This document shows, piece by piece, positions 10,101 through 19,972 of a stretch of DNA of 64,000 nt. The position numbers and the translations under genes were made by a program. Position 1 is the first letter of the stretch, and every line of letters starts with the position of its first letter. Origin of the DNA: an uncultured virus (IMG/VR IMGVR_UViG_3300042343_001623) (lineage: Duplodnaviria > Heunggongvirae > Uroviricota > Caudoviricetes); IMG/VR virus record IMGVR_UViG_3300042343_001623; one strand, 5' to 3'. Below the pieces are notes generated by a model. The model made no database searches, had not been told where the DNA came from, and saw nothing but the letters and a program-made list of their open reading frames with translations.

Positions 10101-10553
10101 ATGAAGAAGGGAAAATCAATAAAAATTAATGGATTTAAAGATTTCAAAATAAATTATGGTACGGTAGATTTCAAATCTATGAAATCAATTTATTTGGTCA
10201 TTCAGGCGTGGGTGGAACCAATAACAGATCTTGAATCGTGGTCATCGGTGGTCAATACATTAAGAAGGGACATAAAACACAAATTATTGGATTCAATAGA
10301 TCTGAATATATTCAACGGAAGAACAATAGTTGATCTTGATCTCAGAACCTCAGGAATTCAGGAAGGGAAGAGGAGTTTTATGAATTTGGAAATCACATTA
10401 TTTTTGGATGAATATATTGATTTCAAATCAGAACAATTAAAAAAATCATTAACAACAATCTGTAAATATATTACAAAAAATAGTTTCAAATCCAACAGGT
10501 ATTTCTCATTTCATCTTTCAAAGATGGAAACACCCGTAAAATTGTTGGCGTGA
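10101..10553 (+). CDS. hypothetical protein
   Basis: 150-aa ORF divergent from bS21, with its own promoter-like element. Confidence 0.7.
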   Translation: MKKGKSIKINGFKDFKINYGTVDFKSMKSIYLVIQAWVEPITDLESWSSVVNTLRRDIKHKLLDSIDLNIFNGRTIVDLDLRTSGIQEGKRSFMNLEITLFLDEYIDFKSEQLKKSLTTICKYITKNSFKSNRYFSFHLSKMETPVKLLA

Positions 10554-10568
10554 ATTATATTTATTTAT

Positions 10569-11414
10569 ATGATTGAAAAATTTATTGAGTTATCACAAGA
10601 AACCGATAAAAGTCTCGTAGAATTTATCGAGGCTTTTTTCGGTGGTAATATTGAAGTTTTTTATAAAAAAATTAAATCGAGTGGTGATTCAATTCCTGCC
10701 TCTATTTTACTTGATCTATATCACCAATATCCAGCATCAACTTTAAAATATGTTTCATCTGTCGGTGATCAGGAACTTAATGAACTTATATTTGAGGTGT
10801 TAATTGATCATAGTAGGGGTTTATCAAAGGATGGTGATGAATATTTCTATCGTATTGATAAGTTAAGAGATTTTGAGATATTCTTTGATCGTGAGACAAA
10901 AGAAGATAGATGGTTAACACAAGGGTTTTGGGACATAGATTGTTATGATTATTGGAATGATGTAATATCTTCTGAAAACAAAAAAAATATTAAGAATTTT
11001 TCGGATTATGAAAAATCTATAATTTGTATATTCATAGAAACAGCAATTAAAATTTCAATAAAAGATAAAATAAATTCCAAAATATTTCAGACAATCAGTG
11101 ATTATTTGGGATACCCCGATGGATCGGGTGTTCGTGAAGATGGGTATGGATATATTTTGAATGTCACCAAAATGATTTCTCAATTGGCTGAGGACACAAA
11201 AGAGTTAATCGAAAATGGTGAAGTTGACAATTCAACACAGCTTGCTTGGGACAACGGAATGTTTTATTTAATACGTTTTACTGTCTCTATTGAGGTTGAA
11301 TTCGGTTCATTAGTTGACGAAAACTCGATAAGAAAAGTCTCAAAAGACATTAATAATTATATTACAACATATTTATCTAGTAAAAAAAATGAAAGAACAA
11401 CTAAGAGTACTTGA
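10569..11414 (+). CDS. hypothetical protein
   Basis: 281-aa ORF; tandem TATTTAT motifs abut the ATG; overlaps the protease start. Confidence 0.6.
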   Translation: MIEKFIELSQETDKSLVEFIEAFFGGNIEVFYKKIKSSGDSIPASILLDLYHQYPASTLKYVSSVGDQELNELIFEVLIDHSRGLSKDGDEYFYRIDKLRDFEIFFDRETKEDRWLTQGFWDIDCYDYWNDVISSENKKNIKNFSDYEKSIICIFIETAIKISIKDKINSKIFQTISDYLGYPDGSGVREDGYGYILNVTKMISQLAEDTKELIENGEVDNSTQLAWDNGMFYLIRFTVSIEVEFGSLVDENSIRKVSKDINNYITTYLSSKKNERTTKST

Positions 11415-12117
11415 GGCTCACGAAACCGGTAAAGGTATTTTGGTGGAGCACGATGCGGGATATATCTCACCAAATCATCCTGAAAACGAAAAGGTTATCA
11501 TGGAATCCAAGTCAATGAGAGATCATTCCAAACCATTTATATTCTATGCTGTTCTTCAAAAGTTTGATACTCCAAATAGAAACGGAAGATTATATCCCGA
11601 AAAAATATTAAAAAGAGAAGCCGAAAATTATAAGAGAATGATCCAAAAGGGAACTTCCCTTTCAGAGTTGAATCACCCCGAATCATCTATTGTAGATTTG
11701 GAAAGAGTTTCACACATTATTGATGATGTATGGTGGGACGGAAATACCTTGATGGGTAAACTCAGACTTCTAACCTCACCAGCGTTTCACGAAACAGGTA
11801 TTGTTTCTACACCTGGTGATATTGCTGCAAACCTTATGAGACAAGGATGTACAATGGGTATATCTTCAAGAGGGGTGGGGACTCTAAAAAAGAAGGGAGA
11901 ACAAAATGAAGTACAAGACGATTTTGAACTTATCTGTTTTGACTTAGTTAGTTCACCATCAACACCAGGAGCATATCTTTTTGACAAACCTGAAGATAAA
12001 TTCAACTTTGAAGAAAACATAGAAGAAGAAAGAAATTTAAGAAAACCTGAATCTGAAAAAGGATTGGGTAAGTCTCTTGATTTAATGAACAAACTTTCCG
12101 ATTTTTTGGGAAGATAA
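11389..12117 (+). CDS. gp21: prohead core protease (T4 gp21-like)
   Basis: NRNGRLYP, ELNHP (catalytic His), VSH, GISSRGVG (catalytic Ser), FDLVSSPSTPGAY. Confidence 0.95.
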   Translation: MKEQLRVLEAHETGKGILVEHDAGYISPNHPENEKVIMESKSMRDHSKPFIFYAVLQKFDTPNRNGRLYPEKILKREAENYKRMIQKGTSLSELNHPESSIVDLERVSHIIDDVWWDGNTLMGKLRLLTSPAFHETGIVSTPGDIAANLMRQGCTMGISSRGVGTLKKKGEQNEVQDDFELICFDLVSSPSTPGAYLFDKPEDKFNFEENIEEERNLRKPESEKGLGKSLDLMNKLSDFLGR

Positions 12118-12127
12118 ATAATTAATT

Positions 12128-12340
12128 ATGGACGAAAAATATTTCATTGCAAAAATCCAATTTGAAACAGTAGATATTCAAACTGGTAAAACCAAAAAAA
12201 CAAGAGAGGAGAAATTGGTGAGGGGTTTTAGTGTAACCGATGTTGAAGCAAAAGTTACAAAGATTTTTGAAAGGTACACTGAAGATTGGAGAATCACAAG
12301 TGTAATAGAAAGTAAAATCAACGAAGTAATTGAAAAATAA
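12128..12340 (+). CDS. DUF4494-like small protein
   Basis: YF.AKI.F...G..KK..E..LV...SVT.VEA..ITSV.ESKI.EV resembles the Bacteroidota DUF4494 family. Confidence 0.65.
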   Translation: MDEKYFIAKIQFETVDIQTGKTKKTREEKLVRGFSVTDVEAKVTKIFERYTEDWRITSVIESKINEVIEK

Positions 12341-12367
12341 AAGAGGGGTCATTTGACCCCTCTTTTT
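12338..12367 (+). terminator. Rho-independent terminator
   Basis: aaaAGAGGGGTCA-tt-TGACCCCTCT followed by a T tract. Confidence 0.85.
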
Positions 12368-12454
12368 ATTTAATTTCATTAATATACAAAAAATGTTAGA
12401 TTTTTCTATAGAAGGGTATATTTATTTAGAAAAATAAATCTACTTAAATAGAAA

Positions 12455-13708
12455 ATGAGCAAAAAAGAAATTCTATTAGACGATACACTCTTACAGTTGA
12501 AGAACTTAGAAGAGTCTATTGCAAAAAACACAAAAGGAATACTTGCTTCAGTAATGAAGGAAGAAATCAAGTCTTTAGTAAAAGAATCTTTAGGTGGTGA
12601 CACCGATGAGATTAAAGAACAAGGTGAGGAAGATGAACTCGATCTTGAACTCGACACCGAGATGGGTGATGAGGGAGAAGAAGAGGAAGTTGAACTCGAC
12701 CTTGATGATGAAGAGGAAATGGACGTTGACCTTCCTGCTGAATTCGGAGACGAGGACTTGGAATCTATGGATGACGAGGAACTCGAAATGGATTTTGAAG
12801 ACGAAATGGAAGACGAAGATTTAATCGACATCACAAACATGAGTGATGAAGAACTCGTAAAGGTTTTCAAATTGATGGGTGATCAAGATGGAGTTATCGT
12901 TCAAAAGGAAGATGACGAAATTCACTTGAAAGATGAAAATGCAGATGTAGAATATGAAATTCAATTGGAAGGTGAAGATCACGAATTGGAGGAAATGATG
13001 GACATGGAGGAAATGATCGACATGGATGAACTCGAAGAAGAAATGGAAGTTTCTGAAATGGAGGACATGGAAGTTTCTGAAATGGAGGACATGGACGAAG
13101 AGGAAGTGATGTACGAAATTGAGTTTGACGAAGAAGAAGAAGACGAAGAAGAAGAGGAAGAAGTTGAGTTAGAAGAAACATACGAAGAGGCTCACGAAGG
13201 TGAGGCACACAAAGAAGAAGCCAAGGAAGCGGCTAGAACCTTGGGTAATGGAAAGGCTTTTGGTAGAAAAGGTTTACCAAAACCAAGATCAGCACCTTAT
13301 CATTTGAAAGTAGAATCTTATGAAAAACAAATAAGTCTACTCAAAGAAAAGAATGAAGAGTACAAAAAGGCTCTTGACCTTTTCAGAACTAAATTAAACG
13401 AGGTTGCGATTTTCAACTCAAATTTAGCTTACGCTACCAGATTGTTCACTGAACATTCTACAACCAAACAGGAGAAAATCAATATTCTTAAAAGATTTGA
13501 CAACGTAGAGACATTAAAAGAATCAAAAAATCTCTATAAGTCAATCAAGAATGAATTGGTTTCCTCTACAAATGTTGTAACCGAATCTGTGGTAAACAAA
13601 GTTCAAAAAACACCACAAAAAGGTTCAACAAACTTAGTTGAATCTAAAACATACGAGAACGCTCAGTTCTTGAGAATGAAAGATTTAATGAACAAAATAA
13701 ACAAATAA
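12455..13708 (+). CDS. prohead core/scaffold protein
   Basis: Very acidic 417-aa protein between the protease and the MCP, with a coiled-coil C-terminus. Confidence 0.75.
   Translation: MSKKEILLDDTLLQLKNLEESIAKNTKGILASVMKEEIKSLVKESLGGDTDEIKEQGEEDELDLELDTEMGDEGEEEEVELDLDDEEEMDVDLPAEFGDEDLESMDDEELEMDFEDEMEDEDLIDITNMSDEELVKVFKLMGDQDGVIVQKEDDEIHLKDENADVEYEIQLEGEDHELEEMMDMEEMIDMDELEEEMEVSEMEDMEVSEMEDMDEEEVMYEIEFDEEEEDEEEEEEVELEETYEEAHEGEAHKEEAKEAARTLGNGKAFGRKGLPKPRSAPYHLKVESYEKQISLLKEKNEEYKKALDLFRTKLNEVAIFNSNLAYATRLFTEHSTTKQEKINILKRFDNVETLKESKNLYKSIKNELVSSTNVVTESVVNKVQKTPQKGSTNLVESKTYENAQFLRMKDLMNKINK
13043..13095 (+). repeat. 24-bp exact tandem repeat, 2 copies (MEVSEMED)
   Basis: atggaagtttctgaaatggaggac twice. 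Confidence 0.85.
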
Positions 13709-13729
13709 ACTAAACAAAAAAAAATTAAT

Positions 13730-15532
13730 ATGGGAGCATTATTAGAAAGTGGTTTAGTTGGTAACATCGGTCTTAAGCACCTTAAAGTTATCAAAGAAGA
13801 CACTATAAACAAATGGGACAAACTTGGTTTCTTGGAAGGATTGGGCGGACACTTAAAAGAAAACATGGCTCAACTTTATGAGAACCAAGCGTCACACTTA
13901 ATCAACGAAGCGGCATCAACAGATTCTTCAGGTTCATTTGAGACTGTTGTATTCCCTATCATCAGAAGAGTTTTCTCAAAACTTTTGGCTAATGATATCG
14001 TTTCTGTTCAGGCGATGAACTTACCTATCGGTAAACTTTTCTACTTCGTACCTAAGATTCAAGCTTATGATACAGGAAATGCACATTATCCACCGGTTGG
14101 TTCACCTGAAGCGGTTGCAAACGGGGATAATAATCCAAACCAAGGATATTCAACAGGTAAAAACCTTTATGATAGATTCTATGAGGGTAATGAAGCAACT
14201 TTGGACCCTCCTGGTTTGTTCGACTACTCAAAAGGAAGATATTCTTCAATTACTTCAACTGACGTTGTTACACAAGTTTGGAGTAGTGGTGATTTGATTG
14301 CATCAGGTTATGGTGCTGGTGAATACAGAAAAGTTCTCCTTACATTATCAGGATTTAGTAACGGTGGTTTTGGTAAATTACTCGGACCTGACGGTAATAT
14401 GGTTGATAGTGAGACTTTCCTTTCGGATTTGACTGTAAAAGCAACAACTATAGCTGGAGGTGCATTCTCAGGTGCTGGTAGTGGTAACTTACTCTTTAGA
14501 GTTGTGACTCAAAAATACGGAAAAGGAATTGTTCAATATGGATCACAAGAAACTGTAGCTTTCGGACAAAGCAATACAGGTAATGGTGGAACTTTTGACA
14601 ATATTTGTGATGCGAATGGTAAAATTTACTTAGAAGTTGACCTTCAGGTTCCTTGTTCCATAGGTGCAAATTCATTGGATGGTTACTCAGGTTTAACTAC
14701 TACCTTTGCAGGTACTTCAATTGCGGGATCCCAATTCTACTGTACTTACAGAATTTATGAAGAACTCGAATTCGAAGATAAGATTGGTGAAGTTTCATTT
14801 GATCTTGAGTCTGTGACTGTTTCTGTTTCAGAAAGAAAGTTGAGAGCTCAATGGTCTCCTGAACTTGCTCAAGACGTTGCTGCGTTCCACAACATCGACG
14901 CTGAGGCTGAATTGACAGCGTTGTTATCAGAACAGGTCGCGGCAGAAATCGACAGAGAAATCTTGAGAGATTTGAGAAAAGGTGCGGCATGGCAGTTAAG
15001 ATGGGACTACAACGGTTGGAAGAGAGGTACATCATCTAACCCATTAACCCAGTACACACAGAAGGATTGGAACCAAACATTGATCACTGCGATCAACCAA
15101 CTTTCTGCACAAATCCACAAATCAACATTGAGAGGTGGTGCGAACTGGATCGTTGTTTCATCCGAAGTTTCAGCTATTTTTGATGACTTGGAATACTTCC
15201 ACGTTTCAAACGCAGCTCCTGAACAGGATCAATACAACATGGGTATTGAAAGAGTTGGTACATTATCTGGTAGATACCAGGTTTACCGTGACCCATACTT
15301 CCCACCAAACCAAATCTTGATTGGTCATAAGGGAACGTCATTACTTGACACAGGTTACGTTTACGCACCATATGTACCTCTCCAATTGACACCAACAATG
15401 TATAACCCATTCAACTTCACCCCAATCAAGGGTATCATGACCAGATACGCTAAGAAGATGGTGAACAACAGATTCTACGGTAGAATCACTGTTGATGGTG
15501 TTAGAACATTCGACCTCAACGAATTGAGATAA
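13730..15532 (+). CDS. gp23: major capsid protein (T4 gp23-like)
   Basis: IVSVQAMNLPIGKLFY, RKLRAQWSPELAQD, DAEAELTALLSEQVAAEIDREIL, YAPYVPL, GIMTRY. Confidence 0.97.
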   Translation: MGALLESGLVGNIGLKHLKVIKEDTINKWDKLGFLEGLGGHLKENMAQLYENQASHLINEAASTDSSGSFETVVFPIIRRVFSKLLANDIVSVQAMNLPIGKLFYFVPKIQAYDTGNAHYPPVGSPEAVANGDNNPNQGYSTGKNLYDRFYEGNEATLDPPGLFDYSKGRYSSITSTDVVTQVWSSGDLIASGYGAGEYRKVLLTLSGFSNGGFGKLLGPDGNMVDSETFLSDLTVKATTIAGGAFSGAGSGNLLFRVVTQKYGKGIVQYGSQETVAFGQSNTGNGGTFDNICDANGKIYLEVDLQVPCSIGANSLDGYSGLTTTFAGTSIAGSQFYCTYRIYEELEFEDKIGEVSFDLESVTVSVSERKLRAQWSPELAQDVAAFHNIDAEAELTALLSEQVAAEIDREILRDLRKGAAWQLRWDYNGWKRGTSSNPLTQYTQKDWNQTLITAINQLSAQIHKSTLRGGANWIVVSSEVSAIFDDLEYFHVSNAAPEQDQYNMGIERVGTLSGRYQVYRDPYFPPNQILIGHKGTSLLDTGYVYAPYVPLQLTPTMYNPFNFTPIKGIMTRYAKKMVNNRFYGRITVDGVRTFDLNELR

Positions 15533-15550
15533 TCAATTTAGAACACAAAG

Positions 15551-15577
15551 AAAAAGGGAACTTCGGTTCCCTTTTTT
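15551..15577. terminator. bidirectional Rho-independent terminator after the MCP
   Basis: aaaaaGGGAAC-ttcg-GTTCCCttttttt between convergent genes. Confidence 0.9.
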
Positions 15578-15801
15578 TATTCCTCAGAATTTCTGATTTT
15601 TCTTATAGATTTACTTATAATTTCAGCTTCTTCCAAACTTAGAATACCCTTCCCTTGTGCGTATTCACAGCACCACATCAAACAGAACATGGATTGTTCT
15701 ACTGTAAGATTATCTATAAATTTGTTCAAATCATCAACTGTGTAATAATTCAGAGTATTGAATAAAATACCGAGTGGTTTTTGTTCTTCTTCATTTTCCA
15801 T
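15577..15801 (-). CDS. hypothetical protein
   Basis: Likely start MENEEEQ at 15801; promoter-like TTGATA-N17-TATTTT upstream. Confidence 0.6.
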   Translation of the reverse strand: MENEEEQKPLGILFNTLNYYTVDDLNKFIDNLTVEQSMFCLMWCCEYAQGKGILSLEEAEIISKSIRKIRNSEE

Positions 15802-15844
15802 AGGTAAAAAATACAATTTTCCGATATATTTATCAATAAAAAAG

Positions 15845-16747
15845 ATGTCTCAGTTAAAAGAAGATTTAGCGGTTTGGTTTGGTAAAAAGAAAAAATCTAA
15901 AGGGTCAAAACAACCACAAGGGCCGTGGGTGAATATATGTAAAAAAAAGGAAGGTGGTGGTCATCCTCCCTGTGGAAGAGATGAGGGTGAAACAAGAGGT
16001 TATCCTGTATGTAGGGCTAGATCTGTGGCTTCCAAAATGACTGAAGAGGAGAAAAAATCTGCTTGTGCAAGAAAAAGATCAAAAGAAAAGAAAGACCCTC
16101 AATCAGGGAAGGGACAAAAACCAACAAGAATTCAAATAAAAGGATACAAAAAAGAATCAGTTATGGATAAAAAGCCAATTTTTGAGTGGAAAACTCTCAA
16201 CGAAAATAAGATTGTTTTGAGTGAAGAAATGAAATATCATATTGATAATAATATTTCAATTCACGAAAATGTTTTTAGGATGGGATCTGACAAATATTTC
16301 TCTTTATTTAGGGAAGCAAGAAGTTTGGGTTATGAAAACTTCAACAATCAAGTGGATAGATGGTTAATTAAAAATACAGATATTGGTTTGTTTGAACTAT
16401 ATGAAGGGGAATTAGTTCCTTTAGATGTCCCGATGTTATATGAAGCCGAGTATCAGGGAAAAAAGGTTCAATTAAATAAACCTATGAGAGGGGGTAGTGG
16501 TGGAAAAAAATTCAAGGTTTATGTAAAAGATCCAAAGACGGGTAATGTAAGAAAAGTTTCATTTGGTGCCGCTGGAGGTGGTGGATCCTTGGCTGTTAAA
16601 TTAAAAGATCCTGCGGCTAAGAGATCATTTGCCGCAAGACACAAATGTCATACAACCAAAGACAAAACAACTGCGTCTTATTGGGCATGTCGTTTACCAA
16701 GATATGCTAAGTCTTTGGGGTTAAGTGGTGGTGGAACATGGTGGTAA
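15845..16747 (+). CDS. basic multi-module protein, putative internal head protein
   Basis: Start reassigned to MSQLKE after TATTTAT (15827-15833); two Lys/Arg/Cys-rich modules separated by LNE/LSE/LYE motifs. Confidence 0.65.
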   Translation: MSQLKEDLAVWFGKKKKSKGSKQPQGPWVNICKKKEGGGHPPCGRDEGETRGYPVCRARSVASKMTEEEKKSACARKRSKEKKDPQSGKGQKPTRIQIKGYKKESVMDKKPIFEWKTLNENKIVLSEEMKYHIDNNISIHENVFRMGSDKYFSLFREARSLGYENFNNQVDRWLIKNTDIGLFELYEGELVPLDVPMLYEAEYQGKKVQLNKPMRGGSGGKKFKVYVKDPKTGNVRKVSFGAAGGGGSLAVKLKDPAAKRSFAARHKCHTTKDKTTASYWACRLPRYAKSLGLSGGGTWW

Positions 16748-17007
16748 ATCCTTATCAGGAAGAAGTAAATGACCGTGTAATCACCCGCATTTTCAACGAA
16801 AATGTTGGGAGTGATGAACTGGTATGGCATCGTGATAGAAACGACCGTATTGTGGAGATATTGGAGTCTGACGGATGGTATTTTCAGTTTGAAGATCAGT
16901 TACCAACAGAAATGAAAAAAGGGGATGTATTGAACATCCCCAAAGAAAGTTATCACCGAATTATCAAAGGTTCAAATGATTTGATTGTGAAGATTTACGA
17001 AATTTGA
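16738..17007 (+). CDS. cupin-fold protein
   Basis: WHRD...KKGDVLNIPKESYHRIIKG cupin motifs. Confidence 0.65.
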   Translation: MVVNPYQEEVNDRVITRIFNENVGSDELVWHRDRNDRIVEILESDGWYFQFEDQLPTEMKKGDVLNIPKESYHRIIKGSNDLIVKIYEI

Positions 17008-17140
17008 TTTGGTAGTGTGGTGAAGACATTAAATCTTCGTGGAATAAATTAAAATAATCTAACGCTGAATCCGCAGATTGAGCCTCTGTTTGGTTAATAA
17101 CTTTTCCTTCCTTAATTAGTTCATAGGTCCGATAATTCAT
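16964..17140 (-). CDS. small hypothetical protein
   Basis: Likely start MNYRT at 17140, with the TATTTAT motif on the minus strand at 17158-17164. Confidence 0.45.
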   Translation of the reverse strand: MNYRTYELIKEGKVINQTEAQSADSALDYFNLFHEDLMSSPHYQIKFRKSSQSNHLNL

Positions 17141-17187
17141 TGTTATGGGATTTGTCAATAAATACACAAAAATGTGTAATAATTACA

Positions 17188-19971
17188 TCAATTGAAATTA
17201 TATTTCAAACTAAAATTGACATTTGATCCCATCCTTGTTTCTTGCCATCTGTTGTCCCCTTCATCCAATTTTTCATTACCGTTAAGGTCTTGGAACATCA
17301 CCAAATCTTGTGAGAGTAAATCTCTAACATTAAATTTCATTTCAATATTTCCGAATTTTTTGGAAACCTGAAGATCAATCAAATTTCGCCCATTTTCCCA
17401 AACCGATGGTTCTTGAATATTTCCGACGATGAAGATTCTCGGACCGACCATATTGTAACTTGCGGAAACATTCCAATTATTTTGTGTGTTATATAACAAA
17501 CCAAAGTTATAAACATAAGGTGATTGACCCTGTAATGGTCTTCCATTTTCAGATCCCTCAAATCCATTCAAATCAACTTCAGATTGAACCAATGAAACAT
17601 TGGATGTAAGATTTAGATTGTCAATCAGATTTATTTTACCTTCAAATTCAATACCTCTGATAAACGCACTTTCAACATTCGAATAATAAATCTCTGGTGC
17701 CCCTGAAACACCAGTTCTATTAATCAATTCAATTGGATTGGTTAAGTTCTTGTTGAATATCGAAATAGAAAAAATCTCATTTAAATCGGGATAAAACTCA
17801 AACCTTACTTCTTGGTTATTTATTTTTGTTCTTTCTAAATATGGATTTCCTGTGATGATATTATCTTGAATAAAGTTGTAGAAGGTGAAGGGTGCGAGTT
17901 CTCTAAATTCAGGTCTTGAAACACTTGAATATACGGACGACCTAAGTTGGGTCTTTTCATTTATTGTATAAACAAAATTGAATGAAGGTAAGAAGTCAGT
18001 TATATTACTATTAATATGAATTGGTTTATTTGAACCAAATTCTGTGTAGAAAAAGTTTTGATTGTAATTTTCAATTCTTACACCATAGATAAATCTGAAT
18101 GATTTATATTTTGTATCAAATGATGTATATCCCGCCCCTAATGTGGAGTTTGCATTATAACTATCATCCACATTGGTTGATTCATCTAATTTAAAACCAC
18201 CCATCCCATTGTCCAATAGTCCCATATTTTCTTGTGAAAAAATCTGACTTGGATCCAAAAGAAGTAATGAACTATCAAAATAACCGTTTTGTGGTTTGTA
18301 TTGTGAATAACCTAAGTTACGAGAGATAAAATTTCTATCTCTGTGTTGATACATCCCACCTATCTTCACTTCATTTTCAAATGAACCGAGTGTTATATTT
18401 CTTGACCAATCTAATTTTCCTGAATATAGATCTTCATCAGAATAAGACCAAAACATATTTCCCGCTGCGGTGGGGATAGTTCCATTTGATTGTATTACAG
18501 CAGTATATTGTGTATTTGGATCATCTTCATTCAAAGAATATTTTCGGTAAACTATTCTTCTTAAGTTTGGAATATCTCTTCTAACATTGTTGTAACTCAA
18601 ATTCCAATTCAACTTTGAATTTATGATGTTGTGAGTTCCAATTAACTGTTGTGATAAAAAGTTATTTTGTGTATACCAAAAATTTGTGGATCTTTCCCAT
18701 TGTCTTGGGTCATTATCCATCTCTCTTACACCTTGTCTTACGTTAATTCTATCTTCAGAATTTATGGTGTAAAAGTTCTTTAATTTTATGGTATTATTAG
18801 GATTTAATAACAAAGAAAAATTAAGAAGACCACTGTTTGCGATATTGTGAACAAAAACTGAGTCATTAAGTTCCATCTTTTGAACAACACCCAAACTTTG
18901 TTCTTCAAAATCTCTTCTTGTTGTAGTGGTGGTATTAAACTGACTTGAATAATTATAAGCTCCGCTTAAAAGAAGGGTTCTACTTCCAAATGAATAATTT
19001 TTTCCTACTGAATATTGAAAAGTAGAAGATACAGGTGCTTTTCTTGAATATGTTGACCAATCCGTTTGAATCAACGATGCAAGTTCAGCTCTTTCTTGTT
19101 TGGATAAATTTACAAACTCAGAAGTGTTTGGAATATTGTCGGGTAAACATCTAAATTCCGATCCCAACCCAATTGGATCCATCGGACTCCCTCTGTAAGT
19201 TCCAAAGTCTTGGAAGGTGGTCATCGTGTTGAATGATGTTCCGATCTGAAAATTCTGATATGTCACTTCCTTCGGATCTGTTGTATTGATGTTAATTAAA
19301 CCACCTGAGAATTCACCAGAGAGATCAGGTGAGGACGATTTATTAACATACAAGTTGTCAATCATATTGGAAGGAAACAAATCAAATGAAAATGCTCTTC
19401 TATCTGATTCGGTTGAAGGGAGAGGAGTTCCATTGATATAAGCGAAGTTATATCTATCGTTTAAACCCCTGATAATAACAAATTTATTTTCTTGTATTGT
19501 TACACCCCCAACTCTTTTGAATACATCGGATGCTTTAGCGTCGGGTGTTTTACTAAAAACCTCTGAAGAAACACCATCAATAACTGATGCTGATCTTTTT
19601 TGTAAAGCAATCATCTGTGTTGCAGATTGTTGATTTGCCTGAGCAACAACTGTGGCCTCACCTATTTCCAAAAAGACGGGGTTAAGAGATACATCAACAA
19701 CCCCACTTTTTCCAACCATATTTATACTTTCAACTGAAGTGTCATAACCGATAAAACTGAATCTAACATTATAAACCCCTGAAGGAATATTTTGAATTGA
19801 GAAGTTTCCATCAAGGTCACTCATCGTCCCTTTACCTAATTCCTCAATATATACCGTTGCACCAATCAACGACTCCCGTGATTGAGAGTCGTTGACCGTG
19901 CCAGATAAATTATATTGTGAAAATAAACAAAAAGGTAAGAATAAAAATATAAATAAGTTGAAGTATTTCAT
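17188..19971 (-). CDS. TonB-dependent outer-membrane receptor
   Basis: Signal peptide, CarboxypepD_reg-like N-domain (LIGATVYI..G...DLDGNF), plug (VIIRGLNDRY, FSGGLINI), beta-barrel with SRPEFRELAPF and C-terminal LKYNFN. Confidence 0.92.
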   Translation of the reverse strand: MKYFNLFIFLFLPFCLFSQYNLSGTVNDSQSRESLIGATVYIEELGKGTMSDLDGNFSIQNIPSGVYNVRFSFIGYDTSVESINMVGKSGVVDVSLNPVFLEIGEATVVAQANQQSATQMIALQKRSASVIDGVSSEVFSKTPDAKASDVFKRVGGVTIQENKFVIIRGLNDRYNFAYINGTPLPSTESDRRAFSFDLFPSNMIDNLYVNKSSSPDLSGEFSGGLININTTDPKEVTYQNFQIGTSFNTMTTFQDFGTYRGSPMDPIGLGSEFRCLPDNIPNTSEFVNLSKQERAELASLIQTDWSTYSRKAPVSSTFQYSVGKNYSFGSRTLLLSGAYNYSSQFNTTTTTRRDFEEQSLGVVQKMELNDSVFVHNIANSGLLNFSLLLNPNNTIKLKNFYTINSEDRINVRQGVREMDNDPRQWERSTNFWYTQNNFLSQQLIGTHNIINSKLNWNLSYNNVRRDIPNLRRIVYRKYSLNEDDPNTQYTAVIQSNGTIPTAAGNMFWSYSDEDLYSGKLDWSRNITLGSFENEVKIGGMYQHRDRNFISRNLGYSQYKPQNGYFDSSLLLLDPSQIFSQENMGLLDNGMGGFKLDESTNVDDSYNANSTLGAGYTSFDTKYKSFRFIYGVRIENYNQNFFYTEFGSNKPIHINSNITDFLPSFNFVYTINEKTQLRSSVYSSVSRPEFRELAPFTFYNFIQDNIITGNPYLERTKINNQEVRFEFYPDLNEIFSISIFNKNLTNPIELINRTGVSGAPEIYYSNVESAFIRGIEFEGKINLIDNLNLTSNVSLVQSEVDLNGFEGSENGRPLQGQSPYVYNFGLLYNTQNNWNVSASYNMVGPRIFIVGNIQEPSVWENGRNLIDLQVSKKFGNIEMKFNVRDLLSQDLVMFQDLNGNEKLDEGDNRWQETRMGSNVNFSLKYNFN

Positions 19972-19972
19972 T

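Noticed and set aside
12406..13208. Ser-rich and Leu/Pro-rich minus-strand ORFs
   Set aside because: Antisense shadows of the acidic scaffold gene
15758..15844. N-terminal extension of the 329-aa ORF
   Set aside because: It overlaps the divergent gene and both promoter-like elements; ATG 15845 is the better start
17163..17178. TACACA-aaaa-TGTGTA hairpin after the TBDR
   Set aside because: Weak AT-rich stem that could be chance; not called as a terminator
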